DNA of 63,410 nucleotides, counting the filler, from Sphacelaria rigidula (lineage: Eukaryota), in assembly GCA_964200075.2 (NCBI GenBank). It is 9 parts of 9 records of this genome, joined end to end, with 100 filler letters (N's around TTAATTAATTAA, not from the genome) between each part and the next. Parts side by side here need not be neighbours in the genome. Positions count along the whole stretch, not along the records: positions 1 to 6,958 come from CAXNAA020017211.1; positions 7,059 to 14,015 come from CAXNAA020017212.1; 7 more parts are not named here. One strand, written 5' to 3'. The notes under the pieces were generated by a model. It had not been told where the DNA came from. It saw nothing but the letters and a program-made list of their open reading frames with translations, and made no database searches. Every line of letters begins with the position of its first letter. Within the stretch, counting starts at the first letter, position 1. This document shows, one piece after another, positions 1 to 10,790 of this stretch. A program made the position numbers and the translations under genes.

Positions 1-232
1 GTGGGTACACAAAATGCAACTCAACGGACGACGAGGGAAAGGAAATGATGAAAACCTCTAGAGATGAAAAATAAAGGCAAGCACAGCAGAAGGAAGGTGG
101 GGTATTAAAAACAAGTAAAAAAGAAAAAGCTCCTGTGTTGACGTTCCTCCTGTGTGACCCCGGCTGATGCGCCCACGTATACCGACACGTGTAGACTGGT
201 GCCCAGAATAAATGGGACAACATACACACACT
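1..232 (+). mobile_element. 3' part of tRNA-derived SINE
   Basis: Matches the body/tail of the copies at 2530 and 45977 (gcaagcac..gcagaaggaag; tgtgtgaccccggctg; CA-rich tail). Confidence 0.75.
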
Positions 233-1094
233 ACAGAGCAGCTCTAGCACGGGAGATCGCGCGGTTCTCGACACAGGAAGCAAGCCAGCCCACGGCACTT
301 TACACCGCCCCGCATACACACAAGATCTAGGGGATTCCATTACACATTTTCCTGGTGTCGCGCCAGCAGCGAGAAACCCCCCTCCCAGAGCGCAAAACAC
401 CTCATTTTTGCACGTTTGGGTTTGTTGCGGCTCAGTATCACGCTCAAATGAAGAAGTGAAATAGGTTGACCTGGCTTGGGTGTGTAGGAAGCGCACGAAA
501 GAAATGGCAGTCCAATCCTCTGCTTCGTCGCCGAGTTCTACGCGTTGCGCGATCGACACTTTTTGGTTGATAATTAATATCTAGCGATATTAGAGGTCCA
601 ACATCGCAAATTCCCAAAAAATCGGTGCGCATGTTGTTTGTTCTCGCCGCAAGTTGTCACGACATGCAGTTTGGTTGCGTGTCGGCAGGCGCTGCTGCTT
701 AGTTCTGTGTGGTTGTGCACAGAAGGCAATTTCGCCTTTCAACAGCGAGTATCCCTTCAAGTGTCGAATTTCAGAGGGGGATTTCACAGAAGAAAGACAA
801 AGCTAGCGGCTGCTTCGTGTCAGAGCTCCAGTGCAGAAGCCGAGGCGTCTAGAGCGATTGTAGTACTTGCAATGCCTTACATCTGCTGGCGACTGTTGTT
901 ATCATGTACTCAGTGATATTCTGTTTATATATACTAATATAAGAGTGAGATGCAAACTATGCGACGGTCGACAAGCTTCGCTTTGGGCTGCATATTTTTT
1001 TCTTGCAGCGAGCAGTGTGTGATGGTATTTCACTTTGCGGCGTGCCACCAGGTGCTGCTTCGTCCTGTATGGCTGTGCACAATGGGCAATTTAG

Positions 1095-1345
1095 CAGGGT
1101 CTACACGTTACACGTGCCACAGCGTTACACGTTACGTTCACGTTACGTTTTGGCCGAAACGTAGCGTGAGCGTTATTTTTTTTTGACGTGATGAACGTAA
1201 CGGGAACGTAAGGTTAAAATTTCAAATGAAACGTTAACCTAACGTCAATTTTTTTTCACGTGAGATACGTAACGTAACGTGAACGTTAAATATTTTTTAC
1301 GTGATGAACGTAACGTGAACGTGAACGTGTAGCGTGTAGACTCCG
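1095..1345. mobile_element. hAT-like MITE rich in ACGT motifs
   Basis: TIR cagggtctacacgttacacgt / acgtgtagcgtgtagactccg with an imperfect 8-9-bp TSD (gcaatttag/gcaaatcag). The paralogous unit at ~726-760 shows the empty site. Confidence 0.7.
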
Positions 1346-2529
1346 GCAAATCAGCCTTTCAACAGCGAGTACCCTTCATGTATTGAGTTGCAGAGGGCGA
1401 CGTAACACATGAACTTCAGCTGTTGGATCTGAGGGTTCCAGCTAAGAAACCAGGGCGCCAAGGGCGATTTTTATTTTAGACTATGCACTGACTATGTATG
1501 AACAGGTCAGCAGTCAGCAGAGCCACGATGTTTCAACTGACTGCCTGTACATACTGAAAATAATATGTGAGCCATGCGATTTACACCAACTTGCATCTTC
1601 GACCAAATGCTATTTTTCGGCACCAATGTCACGACATTTGCTTTTGGTGGCGGTCCGCCATGTGCTGCTCTGTTCTGTGGGGATGTGTACAAAGGACAAC
1701 CCCACGTATCATGAGCGAATGCCCTTTCACCCCTTGGCTTGTAGAGGACGAGTTCACCGACGAAACGCGGCCGTCTTGTGACAGACGTTTTCGAGACAGA
1801 ACCCAAGGGATGCGCGACGCTGCTGCTCATGGTTTCCAAATTTCCGTACTTTCTCGTTCTAGCACGATGTCAGGCACGCCCTTCACTGCAGATGCGTTCG
1901 TGTGTGGCGGCCACAACTGCTGCTGTTCGTCTTCTTGTCTTGTTATATTCGCAATGGTGGTAAACGTGGGGTGGCAGCTCGGGGGCGTGCGCTTCCCGAG
2001 TAGTACAGCAGCTGAAACTAGTGTACCAAGAGTTTCCACTCGCTGATCTAGAGCGAGTTATCCGGTGTAACAATATCATCTCAACACCGAGCACTCACAG
2101 GCTTGAAGATATGTACCATGTTTAGAGTACATTTCATATGAGCCAGGTCGTTGTTTCTAGGTGACGCATGTATTTTTGATTGATATGATTCGCCTGATTA
2201 CGGTCCAGTTCTCAATCATAAAGCGTTCGTGATCCATTTTCCCGGAATATAGTACCCAAAATCGGACCCCGTTCCCACCCATGACAGTACGATACCGGGT
2301 GAAAGATGGACGGGTCCCCCAAGACTACGGGAAGAAAAACTAGAAAAAAAATCACCGCAATTCGCTTGAGGCCACCCGTCCTTCCCCTGTAGAGGACAGG
2401 GGGTTAGGTATAGTACGGGAGTAGTGTCACGAAGCAGGGTCATTATCCAAATTGTAGTCCCGTAAGGGAGGGATTGATGAAGTCATGGCAGAGCGCGTGG
2501 GAGGAAATCACGTGTGTGTATGGTCGCCA

Positions 2530-2819
2530 GTCGCCCCGGTGGCTCAGTTGGTATAACCTCGAATCCTTTTGATGATTGGGTCGTGGGTTCGAATCTCGGT
2601 GCAGTAACACGATCTGATATTTTCGTCTTGCACAGTGCCGAACAGTGGAGAGCGACCATGTCTTGGATACACAAAATTCGACTTCACAGTCGACGGTTTT
2701 GTTTGGTTTCCTCATACCTCATTATAGGTAGCTAAGCTAGCCTGTGTAACCACGAAACGTCCGCATCAGATGCCCAGTACAAATGTACCGCGCAGATATC
2801 GGAACGGTTTTTAATGTGA

Positions 2820-2856
<37 letters not shown>

Positions 2857-3083
2857 AACAACAACAAAAAGTCAACGAGGGAAAGAGACTATTGAACCCC
2901 CCTCGCGATAAAAAATTAGGCAAGCACCGCAGAAGGAAGATGGAGTACTGAAATAACAAAACAAAAATAATAAAAAAAATCCCGTGATAACTTTCCTTTT
3001 GTGTGACCCCGGCTGGTGTGCCCACATACACCGAAAGGTGTAGACTGGCATCAAGAATAGATGTGATCACAAAGCACAACACA
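2530..3083 (+). mobile_element. tRNA-derived SINE (interrupted at 2696-2869)
   Basis: A-box TGGCTCAGTTGG and B-box GGTTCGAATC. The body is shared with copies at 45977 and 56110. Confidence 0.8.
2696..2869 (+). mobile_element. Short non-LTR retroelement 3' end with (CAA)n tail
   Basis: Inserted in the SINE with TSD agtcgacg/agtcaacg. A second, inverted copy lies at ~6382-6553. Confidence 0.75.
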
Positions 3084-3614
3084 TGTGTGCGTCGAGCACT
3101 GAGGCTTTTTCTTACGGGACTTGGATTTCGTTCGTAGGGCGTGCTTTCCATTTTATTGGGGACATTTGATCCAGCTTGTGGCCCCCAAACAGGGAATATC
3201 GCCAACACACGCCTTGGACACTGTGCATCACCCCACTGAGAGGAGTCTAGCCCACTTTGTAGATTTTCTTGGCTCCGAGGTTCCGAGAACGGTCTCTGAT
3301 AAAAAAAATACAAGTGGTCATGAAAAATTGCGGTGTGAGCAGTGGTGTTTTCAGAATTTCCCGTATCGTTTACACGTTTCTTTTTACCTATCCACGTGGA
3401 GTTTTGCTCAGAGGCCGTCCTCGAATCCTCGAGGCTGGGCGTATCGGAAAAGTGGGCTAGATTACTCTCGGTTATGTTTTTGTGTGAACTAATAATGAAC
3501 ACAATAAATAAAGGGTGGGTGGCAGCAGCTTTCGTCTTGACTGAGATTTGCCACCGTTTTGTGATACGAGCAGTCATACATACACACATACATGGTAAAC
3601 GCGAGCGAGAAAAA

Positions 3615-3732
3615 AGGAACAGCAACAGTGATTCCCACGTGGTCCCCCACCGTAGTACTAGCCTAGTCCGTCGCCGATTGTCTTCACAGAGCGAACGAAA
3701 TGTGGTGCTGTCGATGTCGTACGGCCGTTACT
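3615..3732 (-). rRNA. 5S rRNA gene copy (diverged, probable pseudogene)
   Basis: Reverse complement follows the eukaryotic 5S pattern (..GGCCGTAC..GCACCACAT..GCTAGTACTACGGTGGGGGACCACGTGGGAA..GCTGTTCC) followed by a T-run. Confidence 0.8.
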
Positions 3733-3822
3733 GCCATCAGCGTCCACAACTATGAATCTACACATCATTCGTTCGGCATCACAAGCCCTTAGGCTACTTC
3801 CGTGCAGTGTGAGCGAGCAAAA

Positions 3823-3941
3823 AGGAACAGCACCAGGGCTTCCCACGTGGTGCCTCCACCGTAGTATTAGCTCGGCCCGACGCCGCTGAACTTCACAGAG
3901 CGGACGGAATGTGGTGCTTTAGACGTGGTATGGTTTATCCT
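3823..3941 (-). rRNA. 5S rRNA gene copy (diverged)
   Basis: Same 5S sequence, 208 bp from the previous copy, with a TTTTT terminator. Confidence 0.82.
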
Positions 3942-3971
3942 GATGCCAGCGTCCACAACTCTAAACCTATA

Positions 3972-5048
3972 CAGTACTGAGCCCTTAATAGTGCCGGTGT
4001 GTGCCCGCCGAGAACACCGGTACTATTCAGAGCGACCGGCACTACTCCAAACAGTCCCAAAATCGGTACTATTGAGGGCTTTGAATCTCTCAGTAGCGCC
4101 GGTTCTGGCACTACCAACGACCATCTGTTTGTAAAGTGCAACGTTTGCGCTTCGCGGGACCAACAAAGGCACCAAACGGACGAGGCCGGCTGTTTTGACG
4201 GGCTTCGATGTGTCAAGTAAGGTTCGGGGAAGCAGAACAGTGCCCACGAGTTTTTGTTTACAATAAAACTTTATTAATCTCCTTGACATCTTGCACATTT
4301 CCCCTCACTACCAACACACAACAGCACGGCCTGAAAAGTCGTCATTGCCGAAAGAGCTTTGCGACATGAGATAATAGGACACACCTGCACCCAAATGCAA
4401 CTTTGAAGGTATCACATCTTCTGCAGAAAATCCTCAAGCTACCAGAGAAGAGCACAAGCAAGAAAAATACTCACGCAACCAGAAAAAAGAGCATAAGTAA
4501 AAAAATAGCCATGAAAGGTCAGAAGAGCTGTTTGTGCGGCAGCATGTTTGGCGACAACGAGATGCACCGCATCTGCAGCAAGTGCCTCGCCGAAGCCGGC
4601 AAGCGCAAAACGGATTCACTTGAAGGTGTTGAATCGGGACGCGCAGGATCGGGACAGTACTCTCATTATTACTACAGTAGTGAGCGGTCTAACTATTCAT
4701 TTTTTGGCATTTTGTGATTTTTTCGTAGTTGGGCGATTTTCTTGGGGTCTTTTCGCTTGCCACCGCTTATCACATTGAGGATCTGAAGATACCTGTATCC
4801 GCTCCACATTCCAAGAAAAAAAATTATCTGTACTCAATATTGAGTGATACCACCCGTACCCATAATCCAAACAGCCCGCAGAAGAAGGCCTAAGCGCTCG
4901 AAAACGGAGGAAGGGAGTGCAAGCGCATCTCGCACGCGGCTGAGCGTCGAGAAGAAGACGGAGGTCCTGAGGCTGCTGGATGAGCGCGTCTCTCACGAAC
5001 AGATCGCCGAAGCACTATTCAACCGACACTATTGAGGGCCCAGTACTG
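3972..5048 (+). mobile_element. Internally deleted pogo/Tc1-mariner-type DNA transposon
   Basis: TIR CAGTACTGAGCCCTTAATAGTGCCGGT / ACCGACACTATTGAGGGCCCAGTACTG with TA TSD. Residual ORF RLSVEKKTEVLRLLDERVSHEQIAE resembles the psq/CENP-B N-terminal HTH of pogo transposases. Confidence 0.85.
4844..5035 (+). pseudogene. Truncated transposase N-terminal HTH (psq/CENP-B-like)
   Basis: Basic RRRRPKR stretch, then an R-L-S-x-E-x-K-x-E-V-L...S-x-x-Q-I-A HTH pattern that runs directly into the right TIR. Confidence 0.65.
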
Positions 5049-5114
5049 TATATGCGTCATGGAGCATCATAACAAGTCCTCAGGGTTTTTTCCGTGCAGT
5101 GTGAGCGACCAAAA

Positions 5115-5232
5115 AGGAACAGCACCAGGGCTTCCCACGTGGTCCCCCACCCGAGTACTTTCCTGGCCTGACACCGCTTGAATTCACAGAGCGGACGGGA
5201 TGTGGTGCTATCGACGTGGTATGGCCATTCCT
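5115..5232 (-). rRNA. 5S rRNA gene copy (diverged)
   Basis: 118-nt 5S-like sequence with the same conserved spacer. Confidence 0.82.
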
Positions 5233-5251
5233 GTTTTTACAGCGTCCATAA

Positions 5252-6105
5252 GACCCAATTTTACAGCAACGAAACTCGATTTTTTTGGAAACCCGAATTT
5301 GAAAAAATCAGGGAGACTCAAATTCGTGGACTCAAAATCGGGGTGACCGTTTTATGGCACAGACAGTACAGTACCACAAGATTTGTGAAACGGTTCTGCA
5401 CACAGACGGTCATTTTTTGCATGGGTGTGGTACTGCGTTCTCGTGCATGAAGCCGAAGAGCAGGCAGGCGGAAAACAATCCTTCGAGTACACTGTCGTAC
5501 CTTGGGACCCTGGGGTAATACAGTGCAGGACACGGCATCAGTAGAGTACATGATAATGCCGTGTGGTAGTCCATGATGGCACAGCCGGTATTACGAGAAC
5601 AGAGGACAAACAGCGCGCGACCAAAGTTCAGTAGTGCAGTGCCGTGCATCACCCCTCACGTACAGCGACAACAGCTAGGAGAGTACAGTAGCGTTCGTTA
5701 GAGTGATACATATGGCAACGCAGCGCAGCATAAAGTAGTACCATCACCGCAGGGTACGGCGTCAGCACTTATTATCCGCTCGTCAAACCCCTTGCGAAGT
5801 TGCTTCAGCAGCTGGGGCAGCCAGTAGGCACACCCTGTGCTGTCACGAGATTGTCTTCTGCTGCCGTTTCAAAATTTTCAAACACCTCGTACTCTAGCAA
5901 TGTACGTCAATGCACGTACGTCACCTCGAAAAAATCGGGGGGAATCACGATCTCGGGATGATTTTCCCCGTTTTTTTTCGAAAAATCGGGGGAAACCGTT
6001 CCGAGATCGTGACTCCCTCCGATTTTTTCGCCCCCGATTTGGTCCAAATCCATGTCCATAAAATGCTCGAAAAATCGAGATTCGTGCCTACCGTAAAAGT
6101 GGGTT
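5252..6105. mobile_element. PIF/Harbinger-like non-autonomous element
   Basis: Imperfect ~35-bp TIRs (gacccaattttacagcaacgaaactcgattttt / aaaaatcgagattcgtgcctaccgtaaaagtgggtt) and a 3-bp TAA TSD. Removing it restores the 5S spacer gcgtcca-taa-ctctgaacctatac. Confidence 0.75.
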
Positions 6106-6176
6106 TAACTCTGAACCTATACATCATGGAGCATCACAAATTCTTCGGCAATTTCCGTGCAGTGTGAGCGAGCAAA

Positions 6177-6298
6177 AGGAACAGCACCAGGGCTTCCCAC
6201 GTGGTGCCTCCGCCATAGCACTAGCTCGGCCCGACGCCGCTTAATTTTGCAGAGCGGGCGGGATGTGGTGCTTTAGACGTGGTATGTATGGCCGTTCC
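6177..6298 (-). rRNA. 5S rRNA gene copy (diverged, 4-nt duplication near 5' end)
   Basis: Aligns with the neighbouring 5S copies. Confidence 0.78.
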
Positions 6299-6381
6299 AA
6301 GCATGGCCGATCCTGATACCAATGTCTACCACAGTGAACCTGTACATGCGGCATCACAAGTCTCTAGACTGTTCCCGTGCA

Positions 6382-6553
6382 TTGTTGTTGTTGTTGTTGT
6401 TGCTGCTGCTGCCTTCACATTATAAGTCGTTCCGATATCTGCGCGGTACATTCGTACTGGGCATCTGATGCGGACGCTTTCCGTGGTCATAGGCTAGCTA
6501 CCTATATAATAAGGTACAGTATGGGGAAATCAAGCAAAACCAAAAAATAAAAA
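6382..6553 (-). mobile_element. Second copy of the (CAA)n-tailed retroelement 3' end
   Basis: Reverse complement of 2696-2869, located in a 5S spacer. Confidence 0.75.
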
Positions 6554-6564
6554 AGCGAGCAATA

Positions 6565-6682
6565 AAGAACAGCACCAGAACTTCCCACGTGATCCCCCAT
6601 CGTAGTACTAGCCTGGCCCGACGTCGCTTGACTTCACAGAGCGGACGGGATGTGGTGCTATAGACGTGGTATGGCCGTTCCT
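6565..6682 (-). rRNA. 5S rRNA gene copy (full length, 118 nt)
   Basis: rc AGGAACGGCCATACCACGTCTATAGCACCACATCCCGTCCGCTCTGTGAAGTCAAGCG...GCTAGTACTACGATGGGGGATCACGTGGGAAGTTCTGGTGCTGTTCTT, resembling brown-algal 5S as recalled. Confidence 0.87.
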
Positions 6683-6768
6683 GATACCAGCGTCCACAAG
6701 AGTGAACCTATGCATCATTGGGCATCACAAGCCTTTACGCAATTTCCGTGCAGTGTGAGCGAGCAAAA

Positions 6769-6880
6769 AGGAACAGCACCAGGTATTTCCACGTGGTGCT
6801 CCCACCGTAGTGCTAGCTCAGCCCGACGTCGCTAAACTTCACAGGGCGGACGGGATGTGGTGCGTGGTATGGCCGTTCCT
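6769..6880 (-). rRNA. 5S rRNA pseudogene (short internal deletion)
   Basis: 204 bp from the previous copy; lacks ~6 nt near the 5' end. Confidence 0.78.
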
Positions 6881-6958
6881 GATATCTTGCATTTGGATGA
6901 CAGCCTACAATGAGTTGCTTCATTTTCTGGTATCGCCACTTCCACAGACAGCCACGAG

Positions 6959-7058
6959 NNNNNNNNNNNNNNNNNNNNNNNNNNNNNNNNNNNNNNNNNN
7001 NNTTAATTAATTAANNNNNNNNNNNNNNNNNNNNNNNNNNNNNNNNNNNNNNNNNNNN
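6959..7058. other. Artificial contig spacer N44-TTAATTAATTAA-N44 (first of 8; others at 14016, 21073, 28130, 35187, 42243, 49299, 56355, each 100 bp)
   Basis: Identical six-frame-stop linker every ~7057 bp. Intervening segments are 6958, 6957 (x4) and 6956 (x4) bp, i.e. size-sorted concatenated contigs. Confidence 0.97.
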
Positions 7059-7940
7059 CGGGGAGCGGTTGATTCTCATTTCAAAATACGTTCTCATTTT
7101 TCTGGCAACCCTGTTAATATATGAGGAACAACAACGGAAGTAACGGTGGGGTTCTCTACATGAATTTTGGATCCATGTCGTTCTCTTCCGATGACGTTAG
7201 GCATATTTTACCCGACAAGCCTAGATAAGCCCCAAAAGTCGGTCTGTTCGTGTCTTTTCGTGATTTTGGTCGTTGACACTTTTTTTGCCCATTTTGGGGG
7301 GTCAGGCGCGCCCATAGCTGTAGAAAAGAGCAGAAACGCAACGCAAAAGGCAAAACAACACACACTAGATTGGCACGTGAAACACATGAAGCGCACAAAA
7401 AAAAAGACTTTCCTCAAGAGAGGAATGGTATTGTGACCGTAGCCCGTTCACGTCTCACTTTCTTCCATCAAGATAGCAACATTGATAACGTACGCTTAAT
7501 TCGCTACCCACATTCCACTGACTGTACGCCATGTATGTGTCATATTCCCAGCCTCTGCGACGAAATCATGCCTTCACGTTGAGTAGATGGTGATGATTGG
7601 ATGATGACTTGGGATCTGTAGTGATGAGATGGATGATGACATGGACACAAGGGTGTTACCCTGATGTGATTCATGGAGCGTATGTGCCATGGGAGGCACT
7701 CCGGGAATGATAAGGTGTTGTGAAGGCTGACAACTGGGACCTTGAGGCCAGTGGAACTGGGGAGTCCCTCAACAGCATTTAGACGCTGCAGAACTAGCAA
7801 CCTGCTGACGTCACAATATCGATATTAGTGCTAGTGCTAGGCGTGCTAGTTGGTGCTATCGTTTGAGACTGCTGAAAATGTTTAGCAGGGAGACGTCTGG
7901 ACAGCTTGTGATAAGCTTCGGGCATAGAGCTTCACCGACG

Positions 7941-8201
7941 CGGAGCAATGCTACGGTAGGGGTACACTTTTTTCGCGAAATATTGTCTACTTCAGGGGCT
8001 CCTAACGATTCTAGATGCTCAAGAATATGGGTCAGGGCATCCCCGTTTGCAAATTCATTCGGGATATCCCCAGAACATTGGAGTAGTAATCCTGGCGTAC
8101 TTTAACGTAGTTTCAAAAGTGCTGTTTTGCATGAGATTAAGGGCTCCTAACAGTTCCAACCTCAGAAAATATTTGTGCACCCCTACCGTAGCATCACTCC
8201 G
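7941..8201. mobile_element. ~260-bp MITE
   Basis: TIR cggagcaatgctacggtaggggtacac / gtgcacccctaccgtagcatcactccg. A homologous copy at ~49962-50222 sits inside a LINE. Confidence 0.8.
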
Positions 8202-8388
8202 CGTGAGGAGGTTTCAAGCTGAGGTAGCTGCAAAGGCGGCTGCCCCGTGATTGATTCAGACTGGAGACTTGCTGGAGCTGCGTACAGCGGGTGTTTAATA
8301 GACCCCAGGGCTGTGTGGAGCGGCGAAGAAAGCAGGTGTGATCTGAAGTTCGAGAAGGTTTCACAAGTCTTCGATTTTCCACTCGAGA

Positions 8389-10790
8389 ATGTCGACTACT
8401 GAAGTACCGGCAATAGAGCCAGCGGAAACGACTGTAACCCCGGTCGTTCTAAGGGAAGAGTTGCGGCCGCCCAGTTACGGGAATTTGTATTTTGAGGATG
8501 CTCCTCGTTCGTTTTACACGAAATACGTGGAATACAAAAGGAGGGTGTAGCATGCGAATCCAGGGGATGCGGTAAGGCATCAGGTGGTTTCTATGGTCCA
8601 ACTAGTGCCTACCCCCCTGCAACATGTCTTCGTGAAAAGGTTCCACGAAAAGCATACCATAACGCCGCTCCAGTTGGCCGCAGCGATAAAGAAGCACGCA
8701 GGGCATGCGGCAGGAGCGGAGGTAGAGCTTACTCAGGCGTCCGCGGCCGTGGCGAAGGCTGTCGCAATGAACTACAAGGGGAGGACCATGCGTGAGAGGG
8801 TGGAGCCCATAATGGGTAAGTTGGAGACGTATTTTTCGGAAAATCCCAACGTAGAGATGATTTATCGCTCGTCCGATGGAAAATTTCGCCCAGGGCCCGC
8901 TGCGTGGTCACGGAAGCGATGGTGGACGGTCTGGCACCGGCGGAATTTCAGTGGACCGTGCTTGTATAGCTACAGCACGAAACAAATTCGAAGTCGGACC
9001 CGTATTTAGTCATGGGTACCGTGGTGGCTGAAGCTCAGGCATGGCGGCGGGTCGAAGTATTCGGAAAATCATCCACTTCGTCGCCGCAGCCTTCGACCGC
9101 GCGTAACCGCGGATCACAATCCGCAGGCAATGCCGCCTCAAATATTACTTGCTATCAGTGTGTCCAGGTAGGTCACATCGCACGGAAGTGCCCAACGCCT
9201 TCTGAGGGGGAGTCTGGGCAGACGAGTGCCGCGCGCCCTCGCAATCACAAAGGAAGGAAAGGTAATCGTGGTGGTGGCGGAGGCGGATCCTCCAGCGATG
9301 GAGGTGTACAGTCGAGTTCCCAACAACGGCAGCAGCAGGGGCAGCGGCGTCAGCAGGGGTCCGGCTCAGCCGCAGGGGCTGCTGCTCCACAACGGGCGGT
9401 GCAGGTGGGACCGACCTCTCTAGTGTCGGGCTCGGTGCCGGCGCCGCCGGCAGCAGAGCAAGGCGAGACGCCGGCTGCGGAGCCGGCCGGTTTTCAGCTG
9501 AATTTTGGATCCGCTGCTGCGTCGGCCGGGGTACCGCTGCAATTTGGTTCTGCGGGCGAGGCTTCGTACCCGCCGGCGGTGCCGGTGACCCCAGCGGGGG
9601 CGTCTATGCCTGCGCCGCGCGCCCAGCCGTGACGCCAAGTGGGGATTACGACCCATCAGTCGGCGGAGCAGGTGCCGGTCGAGGACCAAGACAATTATGT
9701 CCCTGCCGAGTTATATGTCTCGGATCAACAGGCGCGGGGAGCTATATCGGTCAACGCGGTGTTGAATTCAGGCGCCCACTTCACGAGCGTGTCGGTGCTA
9801 ATTGTGGAGATTCTGGACCGCCTACTCCCCGGTGAGCGAATCCGAATTCCGTTCTCGCTCGGGGCGCGGCAGGCCATCACCGCATCGGGCAAGGTATAAA
9901 TGTGACGGAGCGTACGATTCCCCTACAGTTGGCGTTCCTGACTACTTGGGGGCCAGCAAAATTACCCCCAACATCGTTTGCGATCATGCCGGGGACGGAT
10001 GGTGTCGTTCTGTTGGACCTACCGACGCTTCGGGGACTCGGAGTCGATCCGTATGATCGGTTGTTGGAGTCCCTAAAAACGCAAATGCCGTCGCCCGGTT
10101 CGAGTGTCGAGACGCCTGCCTTTTTGGCCAGTCGCAGAGTGAGCTTGTCGGTTGAAGATCTCCAGGAGGCGGGGGGGCAGGTGTCCGAGGAGCGTGATGA
10201 GGAGGTGGAACCCTTGGTAAAGCGCAGCCCGGAGATGTTTATTGGTCCGGCGGAAGAGGAGTCCGCTCGGACGATCGCGCTAGAGGAGAGCGTGACGGAT
10301 GCTGGGGCGAAAAGCCTCAGCGTCTCAAAAGCGGAGCGTCTGCGCGGCATATTGCATTGCCGCGTCAACGCGTCTCGTCGTGCGCTGCGGGGTGATCCCC
10401 CTGCGCGCGTGGAGCCCATGCGTGTTCAGCCAAAAACTGGGGCGTCCGCGGTGAAGACGAAACCGTGGCGGTACGATCCAGTGAAGTCGAGTTGGTTGGC
10501 ATTGTGCATAGCGGCTCTTGTGGCGTTTGGGTTGGTGTTCAGGAATTTACAAGCGGTGTGGTCCAGTCCAGCGATGGCGGTGCCGAAGAAGGACTCTTTT
10601 CGTCTTGTCAGCGATTAGGGAGAAGTCAATGATCAGGTGGAGGAGTCGCCGGGTGTCATGCGCAATCAGGAATCCGACATGATAGGCCTGTTGAGTGTTC
10701 GATGTTTCGGTAAGTTAGACCCCCTACAGGGGTACTGGCAGATACCGCTGGCCGAAGAGGCGCAAAAGATATTCACAATCACGACTTGTA
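8389..10790 (+). mobile_element. Degenerate Ty3/Gypsy LTR retrotransposon gag-pro-RT, 3' truncated
   Basis: CCHC knuckle CYQCVQVGHIARKC, protease-like VLNSGAHFTSV (D>N), and RT motifs WSSPAMAVPKKDSFRLVSD and FGKLDPLQGYWQIPLAEE, broken by stops and frameshifts. It ends before YxDD. Confidence 0.9.

Noticed and set aside
2530-2605. Functional tRNA genes (also at 45977, 56110, 14310, 43975)
   Set aside because: A and B boxes are present but there is no consistent acceptor stem or anticodon arm; the 2530, 45977 and 56110 copies continue into a shared SINE body.
2732-3625. 297-aa ORF with poly-Cys
   Set aside because: Chance read-through across a SINE and the (CAA)n microsatellite.
7432-7860. 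5' LTR and PBS of the Gypsy element
   Set aside because: A TGT start and TGGTGC are suggestive, but no second LTR is available to confirm.
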